Source: an uncultured Planctomycetota bacterium (GTDB taxonomy: Bacteria > Planctomycetota > Planctomycetia > Isosphaerales > Isosphaeraceae). From it: 64,000 bases of DNA. The stretch's first letter is position 1; each line of letters begins with the position of its first letter. A program made the position numbers and the translations under genes. Where the stretch lies: contig CAWJTV010000011.1 in the NCBI GenBank assembly GCA_963845755.1, forward strand, positions 352,001 to 416,000, written 5' to 3'. Of the stretch, positions 11,182 to 22,762 are shown piece by piece. The notes beneath the pieces are model-generated. The model ran no database searches. It was not told where the DNA came from and was given only the letters and a program-made list of their open reading frames with translations.

Positions 11182-12325
11182 GGATGAGCTCCTGTTGGGG
11201 ATGTCGCATCGTCAAGCGTGGTAAAGCCAGGGCGCACCCGGGGCGCCGATCGGCCGGCGTGGCGGCGAACCAGATGAGCCGTCGTGGGAGAATCCCGGGC
11301 TGATCAAACTCGATCGTTCGGCGTGCGGCGTTCCGGCGAATCCCGTCAGGGATCCGGAACGACTTATCTTCATCTCACGAAACAAGCACGACAATAGATC
11401 AACACTAAATCACTCTCACGGCTTTCGACACGGGACGACGAGCCAAGTCATGCGCGATTGCAATTCTTCAGCTCTAGGGCGTCAACGCCGTCCCGGCCCG
11501 GCGCAAGGCAATGACCTTGGCCCGCGAACCACTGCGGGATTCACCGGTTGGGCTATGCAACGAACCTTCGACGGACGATCCAATTGCGGCGAGGAGTTCC
11601 ACCTTCTTCCTCGAGGGCCACCCTCAGGGATCGTCACTTGGCTCGCAGCTCGATGGGAGCGATTCGTGCTGATCGTTATCGACTCTTGAGGCCCTCCCCT
11701 GTGGTCGCGGTAAAGCCGGGAAAGGTGGTCCGTCGTCCCCTCTCCATGCAATTCATTGGCCGTCGATTATTGCGTGAATGATGGTCTGACAACATCCTCG
11801 ATATTTACCGAAACCGATATTTGAACGTGAAAGTACGAAGATCCTAATCAGGCCTTGTTTACAATGCAAGCGAAAAACAGGTCATCAAACCACAAAAAAA
11901 TAGGCTGCCACTATTCTTCTCATGCAAGCGGTCGTTCGTCGCTCACTGCGTGAATGACGGAGTGGCCGTAACTTTACGCATGACGATGGGCCGGAAAACC
12001 GGCGGCGATCCGTCGGAGAGGATCCCTGGATCTTGAATCCCGCTTCGAGAATGCGGGCAAATGCAGCGACACAAACGTCTGGGGTAGGATCCCTGCTTCG
12101 TGCAAGACCTGGGAGATCGCGATTCCCGATGGGGAGGCCGGCCCTCGCCGGCCGATGTCTCTGCAGACATCAGACGCAATCGCTGGCCGGACACCAGGCC
12201 GTGGCGAAGGACGATCTCACCTACTTTTCTTATTTCTGAAGATGTGAATCAGCATTGAGTCGTTCGTAGTCTTTCCGCCGCCCGGGGCGGGGTCGAGCAC
12301 CGAGGACTTGCGACGGGGCGAACCC

Positions 12326-12959
12326 TCACGAAGGCCGTAGCCGGGTCCGCAGGAGGTTGAGTCCGAGCCCGATGTAGATGCAGCCCGAGAGCCGCTCCAG
12401 CCGGGCCATGAGCCGGCTGTTCTGCCGGAGGGCGGCGCGTCGCCCGGGCGGCGCCGACGGCCAGACACAGGCACCACAGCGTCCCACCGAAGACGAACAG
12501 GCCGCCCAGCAGCAGGAACGGGAGTGGCCCGAGCCGGGCGCCGGGGTCGACGAACTGGGGCAAGAATGCGAGGAAGAAGATGGCAACCTTGGGATTCAAG
12601 GCATTGGTCAAGACCCCCTGACGGAAGATCCGCCCGGGAGTGGCCGCGGCAACCTCAGGGGTCGCGAGCCTCCCAGTGGCTCGCAGTGCCTGGATGCCGA
12701 GATACAACAGATACGCCGCCCCCGCCAGTTTCAACAGGGAAAACGCCGGGGCCGAGGCGGCCAGCAGGGCGGACAACCCGAACGCCGCCAGCGCGGTGTG
12801 GAGCAGGATGCCGCAGCCAATCCCCAGCGCCGACATGGCGCCGGCCCGTCTCCCCTGCGCAATACTCCATACCAGGATATACATCGTGTCCGGCCCCGGC
12901 GCGATCCACAGGAGGAAGCTGGCAAGCAAGAATGCCGGCAGATCGTGCGTACCGAGCAT
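12326..12959 (-). CDS. LysE/RhtB family translocator; frameshift ~12440
   Basis: IAPGPDT, QGRRAG, KLAGAAYLLYLG, GVLTNALNPKVAIFFLAFLPQF. The C-terminus continues in ORF 12326-12586. Confidence 0.9.
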
Positions 12960-13213
12960 TCGGGTCTCCTCGGAAAGCGCTCTCAATTGGCCGTCGGAGC
13001 CAGTCCCGCACCTAATATAGGTGATAGAAATGTAAGCTTCAACTGAATCCCGATCGCTCTTTCGCTTTTATGAGCGCCCCTCGAAGTGGGGAGTGGTCGC
13101 ACCAAGGACTGCGCGTTATCCTCCATGGACGGAGGAATCCCGAAGGTCCTCTCGAGAAAGAGGCGATGAGGATGCCGGCGCTTCTGCTCTGGATCGGGAT
13201 CAATGCCCTCGTT

Positions 13214-14634
13214 GGGTGTGACCGACGATTGATGTAGCATATTATCGGAAACCGCCCAGGGTTCAGGCTGCCACCGGAAACCCGCAGCGGTCGATCTTCG
13301 ACCAGAACTGGTCCCACCTCCCGGTCGTGTGGTTCAAGCAGCGTAGACTCAGCACCGCCGCCGCTCCCGACTCCTTCCATTTCATCCCCGAACCGCAGAG
13401 ACGTTGCTTCACGATCACCTTGCAGGCGGCTTCGGTCACGCCACTGCCGATCGGCTCGTTGTTGGCGACCCGCGCCGCATAGTCCATCCGTCCCGCGGTC
13501 GATTGGTTGGTGAAGTAGGTGATGGCTCGTTGTACGTCCTCATCATCCTTGGCCCACGGCCGCACTTTCGCCAGCGACTTCAATTGCTTGAGGATCGTGG
13601 CCGCGCCTCCGGGTTCGTGCTTCAACGTGTGACAGCTCGCCTCCGTCCACGACCGACGCGTCGCGGGCTGGCCCCGGTACAGCACCGCCGCCGCCTTGCC
13701 CAGATACTCCGCAGCATGCCAGAAGTCCACGACCTGAGTGTCAGTGTACCGTCGGAGGAATTCCCAGTTCCCCTTGGCTCCGTCGGCGATCCCGGCGTAG
13801 TGGGCCTGAGGATACTTCGCCTTCACCTGGGACACCTCCGCCTCCAAGCGACCCAGGAAGGTCGCCTTGCCGTACTCGGGCGTCGCCGCCAGGTAGATCG
13901 TGTGCTGCCGCTGGCCCGCGCCGTCGTAGAAGCTGATCGTCCCGACCATCGTCTCCCGCCAACCGTCCTCGCACATCAGCGCGCAGGTCCCGTCCAAGCT
14001 GAGGGCCACGGTCGTCGGGGGCGTGTCCATCGTGGGGAGGTGGTAACTCCAGTCTTCCTCCTTGACCAGCGCCACGGCGGCCACCGCGTCGGCGACGTCC
14101 TGGATCAGGCAGCGCGAGACGTCCCGGCCGTGGTTGTCGCGCAGATCGCGCCGGACTCGCGCCGAGCCGAATTCGGCGTACTTACTCGCGACCATCTTGG
14201 CGAACTTAGGGGTGGAGCTGACGATGATCCGGGCGTCACGATCCAGGGGGCAGTAGGTGGCTCCGCCCTGGGGACTCTGGTAGACGTGCCGTTGGACCGT
14301 GGCCATGCCATAGGGCGTCTGGTAATCCTTGGAGGACTGACCCTTGCTGGTCAACGTGACCGAGCCGACGGTGAGGGGAGAGCCGTCGGTGTCGAATTGC
14401 CGCAGTCCTTCCTCAGTGGCCAGGACACCGGCGGCGTTGAGTTGGTCCTGGAGCGTTTCCTCGAACTCGAGCATCGAGCGGTGGTAGGGGATGGTGATCT
14501 GGACGGTGAAACCCGCCTCAGTGCGGCTGATGATCTGTGCGGACATCGTCGGGCCTCCGTGAAGAGAGAAGAGAATCCCCCAAAATCTTACTGAGAAAGC
14601 TCCTCAAACTCTACATCAATCGTCGGTCACACCC
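13214..14634 (-). mobile_element. Complete ISKra4-family insertion sequence (1421 bp)
   Basis: Perfect 24-bp TIR GGGTGTGACCGACGATTGATGTAG (13214-13237 and 14611-14634). 8-bp DR CCCTCGTT at 13206-13213 and 14635-14642. Confidence 0.95.
13263..14546 (-). CDS. ISKra4-family DDE transposase
   Basis: SLDGT, IADGAKGNW, VDFWHAAEYL, PIGSGVTEAACK..KQRL..SGMKW. Confidence 0.92.
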   Translation of the reverse strand: MSAQIISRTEAGFTVQITIPYHRSMLEFEETLQDQLNAAGVLATEEGLRQFDTDGSPLTVGSVTLTSKGQSSKDYQTPYGMATVQRHVYQSPQGGATYCPLDRDARIIVSSTPKFAKMVASKYAEFGSARVRRDLRDNHGRDVSRCLIQDVADAVAAVALVKEEDWSYHLPTMDTPPTTVALSLDGTCALMCEDGWRETMVGTISFYDGAGQRQHTIYLAATPEYGKATFLGRLEAEVSQVKAKYPQAHYAGIADGAKGNWEFLRRYTDTQVVDFWHAAEYLGKAAAVLYRGQPATRRSWTEASCHTLKHEPGGAATILKQLKSLAKVRPWAKDDEDVQRAITYFTNQSTAGRMDYAARVANNEPIGSGVTEAACKVIVKQRLCGSGMKWKESGAAAVLSLRCLNHTTGRWDQFWSKIDRCGFPVAA

Positions 14635-16528
14635 CCCTCGTTGCGGGAGATGACAGGCCCGCGCCGGTTCCCATCAACGGCATGGTCGTCGACGCCGATC
14701 GGCAGCCCGCGGCCGGGGTCCTCCAGCCCGAAGCTCCGAAACGCCTCGCGGCCATCGAAGGCCGGGTCCTCGACCGCCGCGACCGACCGGTCGCCGGCGC
14801 GTCGGTCTGGGTTCTGGGCACGACGGGCGCACCGATCCCAGCGACCACCGAGGGCGGGGGACGGTTCCGGCTCGGAGAGGTCCCGCCGCGGCGGTCGTTC
14901 CTCTTCGTCGACGCGAGGGGCTTCCGATTCCACGGCCGGGCGATCGAGCCCGGCGCTGGAGCTGATCGAAGGCGTGGACGAGCCGGCCATACCCGATCGC
15001 CATCGGGTCAACATGGCCCAGGAGCTGGCCCAGGTCGACTCGGTCGCGGCGGAACGGCTGTTGACCACGCTCAAGGAGCCGGACCAGCTCGCGCGCGACC
15101 TGTCGCGGATCGGTTACGCCATGGCCTTGAAGGACCCGGCGCGGGCTCGCCGGCTTGCCGATCGCGACCTGGGCAAAGGGCCGAACGCCCGGGCACTCCC
15201 CTTCGCTCGGGCTCATGCCCTGGGCATGATCGCCCTGGCGACCGCTGACGCCGACAAAGCGAAGGCGGCTCGATTCCTCAAGGAAGCGTCCGCCGCGCTG
15301 ACGATTCTGGCGGCCGAGGGCCGGCGTGGCTCCGCGGGAGTCGAGGTTCAAGATGCCGCGACCGTTGCGGCCGCGCTGCTGCCGGTCGCCGAGCGGATCG
15401 ACCCGTCCCTCGTACCCGAGCACTTCTGGCGCACCGTCTCGTTCCGCCCGTTGTCAACGCCCGGGGCCGTCACGGCGGCGATGTCCGACAGCATGCTGGC
15501 CCTGCTCCTGGCCCGTTACGACCGCGATCTCGCCATGCTCGTGCTCCAGCCCATTCTCGATCGCGGACCGACAGCCGAGGACGTCGGGACGACGCACACC
15601 GTCGAGGCCATGGCGGCCATCGACCCGGCCCGCGCCGTGGCGATCGTCGAGTCTCTGCCCGACGATCCCGATCTCAAACACAAGCCGTTCCAGAACCCCA
15701 AGAACCGCGCCCGCGGCGCGCTGGCTGCGTTCCTCGCCGGCCTGCCGGACGAGCGTTGGGATCATGTCGCCCACCAGTTCCATTATCTGTGGGTCGTCGG
15801 AGAAGAGGACGTGTTTTGAGCCTGGGCGACCCAGGGGAGCACCGAGCTGTTCTGGTGGTATCTGCGAGGTCATCTCCGCCAACTCTTATTGACGAGCCCG
15901 GCCGTTGCCCACCGGCCGATCCGAGGTCTTAACTGTGAACGTCCCTACCCAGGTCAGACGCCCTCTTTGGCTTGGCGACAGGGCCAGGGTCTTCGGTCCG
16001 GGCGACAGAGGCTCGAGTGCGACGATCGCGGCCGAAATCCCCTGGAATCCCCCATAGCGATGAACGGGGCGCTTGCGCCACGCTTCCCACCTCCCCGCAA
16101 TCGGCCGGAAATAGGCTATAAATGGCATTTTAGACCTGATCAGGGGTCTCCACTTCTCTGAACATCGGATCATGTACGTAAGATCACCGACCTCAGTGGA
16201 TGCGAGAGAGTCCGGCAGAAGATTCACGATTTCACGAACATAATACTTTGTCTAAGACTGGGTTGCATCTCCCGCTCTCCGACTCGCAAGGCGGCCGGTC
16301 TCGACCCCATAACCGTCGGCCTTTCATCGGAGATTGTTACCTCGACGACCGCGCCGCCCGATAAACGCGCCGTGCCAATCAGCTTTACAAAGCATGAAAC
16401 GAGGCGGCATCCTCATTTTCTTATTCTATTGACGAATTTTTTGCTTGACGGCGAGGGTTCCGCTTGACTTATATAAGAGTGATTGAAATGCTCTCACCCA
16501 TCTCATCAAGGGGCCGAAGGAGGTTCGC

Positions 16529-17659
16529 ATGTTGGGGGCGAATGCTGTCAGGTCGCGCAGGGGATTCACGTTGATCGAGCTGCTGGTCGTGATCGCCATC
16601 ATCGCCGTGTTGATTGCCTTGCTCCTGCCCGCGGTCCAGTCGGCCCGGGAGGCGGCGCGGCGATCCCAGTGCACCAACAATCTCAAGCAGATCGGCTTGG
16701 GGATGCACAACTACCTTTCGGCCATCGGCGTCTTCCCGCTCGGTGTTTCGCGCTACGGTCCGATCACTTCATACGAATGGGACAGTTGGAGCAGCCACGC
16801 CATGATGCTCAGCCAGCTCGAGCAATCAACGATGTACAACGCGATCAACTTCTCGCTCGGCAATAATATGCCGAATAGCTACGGATACTACGCCAACTCG
16901 ACGGTCACGGGGCAGCGTGTGTCGGTGTTCCTGTGTCCGTCGGACGCCAACGCCGGGAGCTTGACGGTCCTTCGGACGGCGGACAATCGCACGGATATGC
17001 TGGACCTCAGCTATCTGGGCTCGGCCGGGACCACGACCATGTCACCGAATAACACGGCGCCCACCAATATCTGGGCGACGCAGGGGAGCACCGGGCTGTT
17101 CTGGTGGTATAAGAGCTATGGGATCGAGAGCGTCACGGACGGCACGTCGAACACGGTGGCGTTCTCCGAGGGGCTGGTGAGCAAGGTCGGGGGTGCGAAC
17201 AACTCGACGGATAATGCAACGCTGCCGACCAACTACGGGGGGACTTCGACCACGGGGGTCGCCGCAGCCGGCGGTGCGGCGCAGCAATATGACGCCAACG
17301 CCAACCCGACGGCGGTCATCACCGGGCTGCAGGGCTGCACGATCGCCATCCAGAACCGCCAGGGCCTCAACAATACCCGCGGTATCTTCTGGGAGGTCGG
17401 CTCGCTGGGGATGACGATGTTCAACACGATCGCACCGCCGAGCTCGACCCAGTACAACTGGGGCGACTGCCGCTTCACCGGCGGGGGTTATCCCAACGAT
17501 GCCACCTTCGCCAACGCCAACAGCCTCCACTCGGGCGGTTGCAACGTGCTCTTCGCCGACGGCAGCGTCCACTTCGTCAAGAGTTCGATTAACATGTACA
17601 CCTGGTGGTCGCTCGGCACCCGGGCCAACGGCGAGGTCATCTCCTCCGACGCCTATTGA
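16529..17659 (+). CDS. DUF1559 prepilin-type protein
   Basis: [75 protein letters not shown] upstream. Confidence 0.95.
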   Translation: MLGANAVRSRRGFTLIELLVVIAIIAVLIALLLPAVQSAREAARRSQCTNNLKQIGLGMHNYLSAIGVFPLGVSRYGPITSYEWDSWSSHAMMLSQLEQSTMYNAINFSLGNNMPNSYGYYANSTVTGQRVSVFLCPSDANAGSLTVLRTADNRTDMLDLSYLGSAGTTTMSPNNTAPTNIWATQGSTGLFWWYKSYGIESVTDGTSNTVAFSEGLVSKVGGANNSTDNATLPTNYGGTSTTGVAAAGGAAQQYDANANPTAVITGLQGCTIAIQNRQGLNNTRGIFWEVGSLGMTMFNTIAPPSSTQYNWGDCRFTGGGYPNDATFANANSLHSGGCNVLFADGSVHFVKSSINMYTWWSLGTRANGEVISSDAY

Positions 17660-17937
17660 TCGGGACCGCCGGGCTGACCGGACCCCCGCTCCAGGCCCGA
17701 TCCGACCGAGACGGGCCGGGAAGGGACCACGAGGAGCGGAGTGCGGCTTCCCGCACCCCGCCTTCGCGGGAGCCGGCCCCGGGTCGCGGGGGCGAATCTC
17801 AATGACCGGCCTTACATCTCTTTTTGAACGTAGGATCACGTTGTATAATCGCTGAGTTGAAGAGTCCCGGAAATCAGCGAGGCCGCTCGACAACCCGCCG
17901 GGACTGAGCGTATCTCCTTTTCGAGAGTAGACACGGC

Positions 17938-19178
17938 ATGAGCGTGCTCCAACGTCATCGGCCGCGGGAATCCAAGCTGATCGCCAACAAGCACCGGATC
18001 CTCAACCGGATCTTCCGTGAGGGGAGATGTTCGCGCTTCTATCTTGCCCGCAGGCTCAACATCAATGCATCGACGATCGGGAATTACGTAGAGGACTTCC
18101 TCCAGCAAGGAATCCTGCTGGAAGATCACGCGCGGCCGACCCGGCGCGGCCGCTCGCCGGTCCCCATGTGGCTCAATCCCGATTACGGCCGGTTCCTGGG
18201 CGTCGATTTCGAAGCCCTGCGCGTCCGCACGGTGTTGACCGACTTCGCCGGCGGGATCGTGGCCCAGAAGGAGGTCGCCCTGCGGGCGGGCCTCAGCCGG
18301 CATACCGTGTTGAAGATCGTGCTGGATGCGGCGAAGGAGACGGCCTGGCAGGCGGGGGCCTTGCGCGTCTTCGCCGTCGGCATCGCCGCGCCGGGGCTCC
18401 TCGACTCGCGCGAGGGCCGGATCGTGCGCTACGCCCTGCTCCCCGACTTCCAGGATGTCCCACTGCTCGAGGAACTCCGGCCGCACTTCGACTGCCCGGT
18501 CTTCGTCGAGGAGAACATTCGCGCACTCACGCTGGCCGAGATGCTCCGCGGCGCCGGCCGGGGACGCCGCAACTTCCTGTGCGTCGCCGCTCGTTCCGGG
18601 ATCGGCATGGGAATCGTGATCGATGGACGGATTTACACGGGCAATGGAGGACTGGCCGGCAAGCTCGGCCGGACCGTCTTCCCGCGGGACGGTCATCCCC
18701 AGACCATGACCCAGCTCGTCTCGGCCAAGGGGATCATCGGCCAAGCCATCGAATTGTTGAAGTCCACCCGGAAGTCGCCGTTGCGCCGATCGCTCCTGGA
18801 GAAAGGGGACGACCTGTCCCTGGATGACCTGGTCGCGGCCGCCGAATCGGGCGACCGGTCGATTCGCGCCTGCTCGAACAGGTCGGGAGAGATCTGGGAC
18901 TGGTCGTGGCCAATCTGGCCAACCTGTTCGCCCCCGAGGCCATCGTCCTGGCCGGCGAAGTCCCCACCTGCTGCGACCTGGTCCGCCAGCGGCTGGAGCA
19001 AGGGTTTCGCCAGCACGCCATGCCCGAGATCCAGCGCGAGACGGTCCTCGCCGACGGAGCGCTCTCGGGCTTCGCTGCAGCGATGGGCGCCGCTTACCAG
19101 GGATTTCTCAGCACGTTTCCCCAGGAAGAAGTCATCCCGGCCGAGGCCGTGAACTCGCTCATGGTGACCCACGGGTAA
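17938..19178 (+). CDS. ROK family transcriptional regulator; frameshift ~18870
   Basis: N-terminal wHTH (SRFYLARRLNINASTI), RGRSP, GIAAPGLLD, VFVEENIRA, GIGMGIVIDG. The C-terminus ANLANLFAPEAIVLAG is in a shifted frame. Confidence 0.9.
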
Positions 19179-19570
19179 GGAAGATACGCTCAATTGCCTC
19201 CCAGTTGCGTGGCCCGCGTCCCGCGCGGTGGCACGGTCTGCCGACCGGGCCACCCGGCCCAACGCAGGTCCCCTGAGGGACTCACCGACCGATGCGGGTG
19301 TCACCAAGTGGCACAATGGGACATCTTTTTCGAAGGTTGCCGTTCCCGATCTCCTTGGCTGATATCCGATTGCGACGACGGCGTGAACCGGGAGGCGCGG
19401 TGCTGGCGCCCGTCTCGGGAGTGATTGCACGTGGTCCATACTCTCAGGATGCCGCAACTTTGGAAAATCGTTAATGCACCTAGCGAGGATTTCGGTCGAC
19501 AGTCGCCCCAACTCTCAGCCCCAGCAGCAGATAAAAAATCCGAAAATTTTTCTAGCCTGGTGTTTAGGGC

Positions 19571-21059
19571 CAATACCGTTTAAGGAAGCATAACCACTGT
19601 CTCTGCAAAGGTTTTCTTCAAGGGCGGAATGTGTCGATGTTTGGATCGTTTCTTTTTCCACTTGGACATTTTACGCTTGATCACTCGCGGATTGATCCGG
19701 TTCCTCCGCATTTCGTCATCGGTGCGCTCCCCCTGCATCTCCCACAACAATCCCTGGTACCACTCCTCGAACGCCTCGGGGGTCGAGCTGTTGCATTCTG
19801 GCAACCGGCACTTGAGGATCTGGAAGCACCCCAGAAACGACAGCCGATCCGGGTCCAGCCCCACGGTCCCGGCGGCCGCAACCATCAAGGCTCGGATCAC
19901 GAAATGACCCAGCGACAGCGCATAGATCTCCTGGATCACCCCCGCCGGGGTCTCGCTTCGCATCTGTGCCGGCTTGGTCGCCCGCCGCGGATCATGATGG
20001 GTCTTTTGCTCATCATAGACCAACTCCTGTTCCCATCTCTCGTGATAAAGAATAATCAATTCTTCAGCAGGATAAAGCTCCGCGTCAAGGAGATTCGTGA
20101 TCAGCACATGAGTTTCACCGTGTCCGACTCGTTGCGGGTCGTCCAGTGTATAGCGGATCACCCGGACGACGATCCCATCCCGATCGATCTGACGGTCGTA
20201 GCAACCCCGATAAATCTTGGCCAGGTACGAGCCATCCGCCAGGTTTTGGATCGACTTGAGGATCAAGCCGCTTTTCACGCGTGCCAACAGCTGGACGCCC
20301 CGCAACATCGCCGTTTTCCAGTGGTCATAGCTGAAAAACCCGCGATCCTCCAACAGGAGCATCTCCGGAGTCAGATGGCGGAGCAAGCCGCCGACCATCG
20401 ACGGTTCGCCGTGGGCGATCGACCGGACCACGAAGGCCAGTTCGATGTGGGTCCCCAATTCGACCAGGCTCAGCTTGCGGACTTGGGGGAACGCGCCGTC
20501 GCCGCGCGGCCCGGCCGAGGGCGCGCGAAGGCCGCGGCGTTGGCCTCCGAGTCGGGGACATCGTAGACGGTCCCATCGATGCCGACCAGGCGGAACCCGC
20601 GGTAGAAGGCTCCGGGCGTATCGGGCCGGGCCAGAGGATGAACGACGTGCTCGAACAGGTGGCGGACCGGCGCGATGCCCAGGCGTTGCCGGGCCACACA
20701 CAGGCTGGATCGATGGGGACTCTCCTCGCCGACTCGGAGCCGGCGTGCATGCTTGAAGACTTGGCGGATCGGCAAGTCGGTCAACAGCCCCATGGCCAGG
20801 ACCACCCAGCAAACAATCTCGTGGGTCAGTGTGCAACGTCGTTGATTGGTTTTACCGGTGGCCGCGAGGACTTGGCGAACGGCCTCGGGCGAGATAATCT
20901 GTTCCAGTCCCGCCAAGCGATCCAAGATCCGGCCCGACCCATCGGGCGGCAGCGTGCAATGTCCGTGCGGCATGCGAGTCATGGCCTCCGTGTTGCTTGG
21001 GTCGTGAGTAAACCCAAAGTAACAGGAGGCTGTGGCTTGCGCCTATTTCAACGGTATTG
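19571..21059 (-). mobile_element. Complete IS4-family insertion sequence (1489 bp)
   Basis: TIRs CAATACCGTT(T/G)AA at 19571 and ending at 21059. 10-bp DR TGTTTAGGGC at 19561-19570 and 21060-21069. Confidence 0.93.
19580..20982 (-). CDS. IS4-family transposase; frameshift ~20520 in a C run
   Basis: ARQRLG, LVGIDGT, AFPQVR, LEDRGF, LITNLLD, LYHERWEQELVYDEQK (YREK-type motif). Confidence 0.9.
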
Positions 21060-21323
21060 TGTTTAGGGCCTGGTTCACGTCGCTCAGAGCCAGGGTAACC
21101 CGTTTCGCGATGCACGGCCGGGCCATTGCGGTCACAACCGATTTCAGGGCAAGGTGTTCTGGCGAAGCAGCTGAGGGCTTTACGCCGCCAAGTGTTAACC
21201 TGATTTGAACCAGGCCTGGTTTAGCGGGGGCTTCGCGGCGCCCTGGGAATGCGAGACACAAGGCATCGTCCCAAAACGGGGAAATGATGAGCCCTCAGGC
21301 GGGACATCCCGAGTCGGCTCGAT

Positions 21324-21403
21324 ACCAGCCCGAAAGCGCCAACGACGGTTACCGCAAATCCTTGCGGCGAAAGGGGGAACCCTCGCTGGCGCTCCGGGTT
21401 GGT
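21324..21403. repeat. REP-like inverted doublet (ACCAGCCCGAAAGCGCC... / CCCTCGCTGGCGCTCCGGGTTGGT)
   Basis: Imperfect ~24-bp inverted arms just 3' of the DUF1559 stop codon. Confidence 0.6.
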
Positions 21404-21443
21404 CTGAGGACAGCACCGCTTTCCCCACATGAGCCAACTTTGA

Positions 21444-22570
21444 TCAATACGAATCCGAGCCGATCACTTCGCCGCCATTGATCGAGCCGAGCTGGACCCA
21501 GGTCATGGGACTGATCGAGTTCTTGATGAAGTGGACCGAGCCGCCGCCGAAGAGGGTATTGACCCCGCCCGGATGCCGGCTCCGGGTCCCCGAGAACGCG
21601 GCCCACTGGAGGGCCTGGTCGTTGCACCTCAAGCCTCGCGTCGGTTGACTATCGCACAGCGAGCCCGGGTTGGGTGGGCTGGAGCTGTTATGCGAGCCGT
21701 AGAGACCCGGCAGGTTGTCCGCGTTGTCGAAGGCCAGCGAACTGGGCGAGATGGACGCCCAGGGTTGGAACAGCGGGACGTAGTCCTGGTCGCCGTTGGG
21801 GGTGAACCGCGTCATGTAGGAAGCCCCGCCGGGATTGGGGGGCCCAAAGGGTGCCGCGGATGTCGTCCGGCGACTCCCTGCAAGAGCTCGGAGGCGACGT
21901 GCGTCTGGCTGGTCCCGTCCGTGAATGAGCCGATCGTGATCAGGATGGGGCCGGTGCCGCTCGTGTTGAGACCGAACGGCGACTGGAGGAACAGGTTGCG
22001 GCTGAAGGGGCTCGGCCCGAGAACGCCCTGGCCCCAATCACAGTTCCCCCAATTGATGCCATAATTCCCCTTGGTCAGCGACCAGGGGAGCGGCGGAATG
22101 GGGAACTGATTCGCCGCAACGGCCGTGAAGCTAAAGACCTGCGATTCATCGCTCGGGCACTGGAACGCGGCGATCCGGGTCGTACAGACCGTGCTGTTGA
22201 CGATGTAGCCCAGCAACGCGGGCCCTTCGACGCCGATCGCGGCATTAAAGGACGCGTAGAGCGTGGACTGCTCGAGGTAGGGGAGCATCAGGACGAACCA
22301 GGGCGTATTCTGGCAGCCACCGCCGCCGCCGGCCGCGTTGCAGGGAGGGACGCCGACTCCGAAGATCAGCCCGCTGGGCAGACAGGTGTTGGCCGACTCG
22401 TAGTTGGCGATGCCCAGGCCGAACTGCTTGAGATTGTTCGTACACTGGGCCCGCCGCGCCGCCTCCCGCGCGGCCTGGACGGCCGGCAAGAGCAAGGCGA
22501 TCAAGAGCGCGATGATCGTAATGACGACCAGGAGCTCGATCAGCGTGAAACCACGACGTCGCTGCGACAT
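21444..22570 (-). CDS. DUF1559 prepilin-type protein; frameshifts ~21830-21870
   Basis: [30 protein letters not shown] and DGTSQT lie in ORF 21812-22570. SRHPGGVNTLFGGGSV lies in ORF 21444-22037. Confidence 0.9.
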
Positions 22571-22647
22571 ACCTCGACCGACCTTCGGAAATCGGCTGGG
22601 GAAACTGGGGATTCTCGACGGGCGCGCGCTGAGAGTCTGTTCCGAAA

Positions 22648-22754
22648 GGCGAGCGGGGGGCGTCAGCCCCCTGTCCGGGGCCGAGAAGACAGGGGGCTGA
22701 CGCCCCCCGCTCGCCGGGAATCATCGGACAGGGGGCGGACGCCCCCCGCTCGCC
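22648..22754. repeat. REP-like cluster: perfect 28-bp inverted pair plus a third copy
   Basis: GGCGAGCGGGGGGCGTCAGCCCCCTGTC at 22648-22675 and its reverse complement at 22688-22715. A one-mismatch copy lies at ~22727-22754. Confidence 0.9.
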
Positions 22755-22762
22755 CAGGAACC

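Larger units (their letters stand above)
13166..15819 (+). pseudogene. Secreted carboxypeptidase-regulatory-like plus helical-repeat protein, interrupted by the ISKra4 element and frameshifted ~14955
   Basis: Removing the IS and one DR gives MRMPALLLWIGINALV|AGDDRPAPVPINGMVVDADRQPAAGV, in frame with ORF 14682-15248. The rest is in the 14641-15819 frame. Confidence 0.75.

Noticed and set aside
11325..11365. CCCGTCAGG..CCGGAA hairpin resembling the SRP RNA core
   Set aside because: It lacks the conserved GGAAGCAGC half. It is only a generic hairpin upstream of the GH-like gene.
16425..16480. Sigma-70 promoter upstream of DUF1559 (several TTGAC plus TATATA)
   Set aside because: The best TTGACG-TATATA spacing is 19 bp. 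A promoter region is plausible but the site cannot be assigned.
20500..20540. Programmed frameshift in the IS4 transposase
   Set aside because: IS4 elements normally encode one ORF, and there is no slippery A-run. One missing C in a homopolymer suffices.
19301..21261. ORF formed across the empty IS4 site (21261 joined to 19301)
   Set aside because: The frames join, but the peptide has no recognisable motifs and looks like non-coding composition.
22648..22754. CRISPR array
   Set aside because: The copies are inverted, the gaps are only about 12 bp, and no cas genes are present. This is REP-like.
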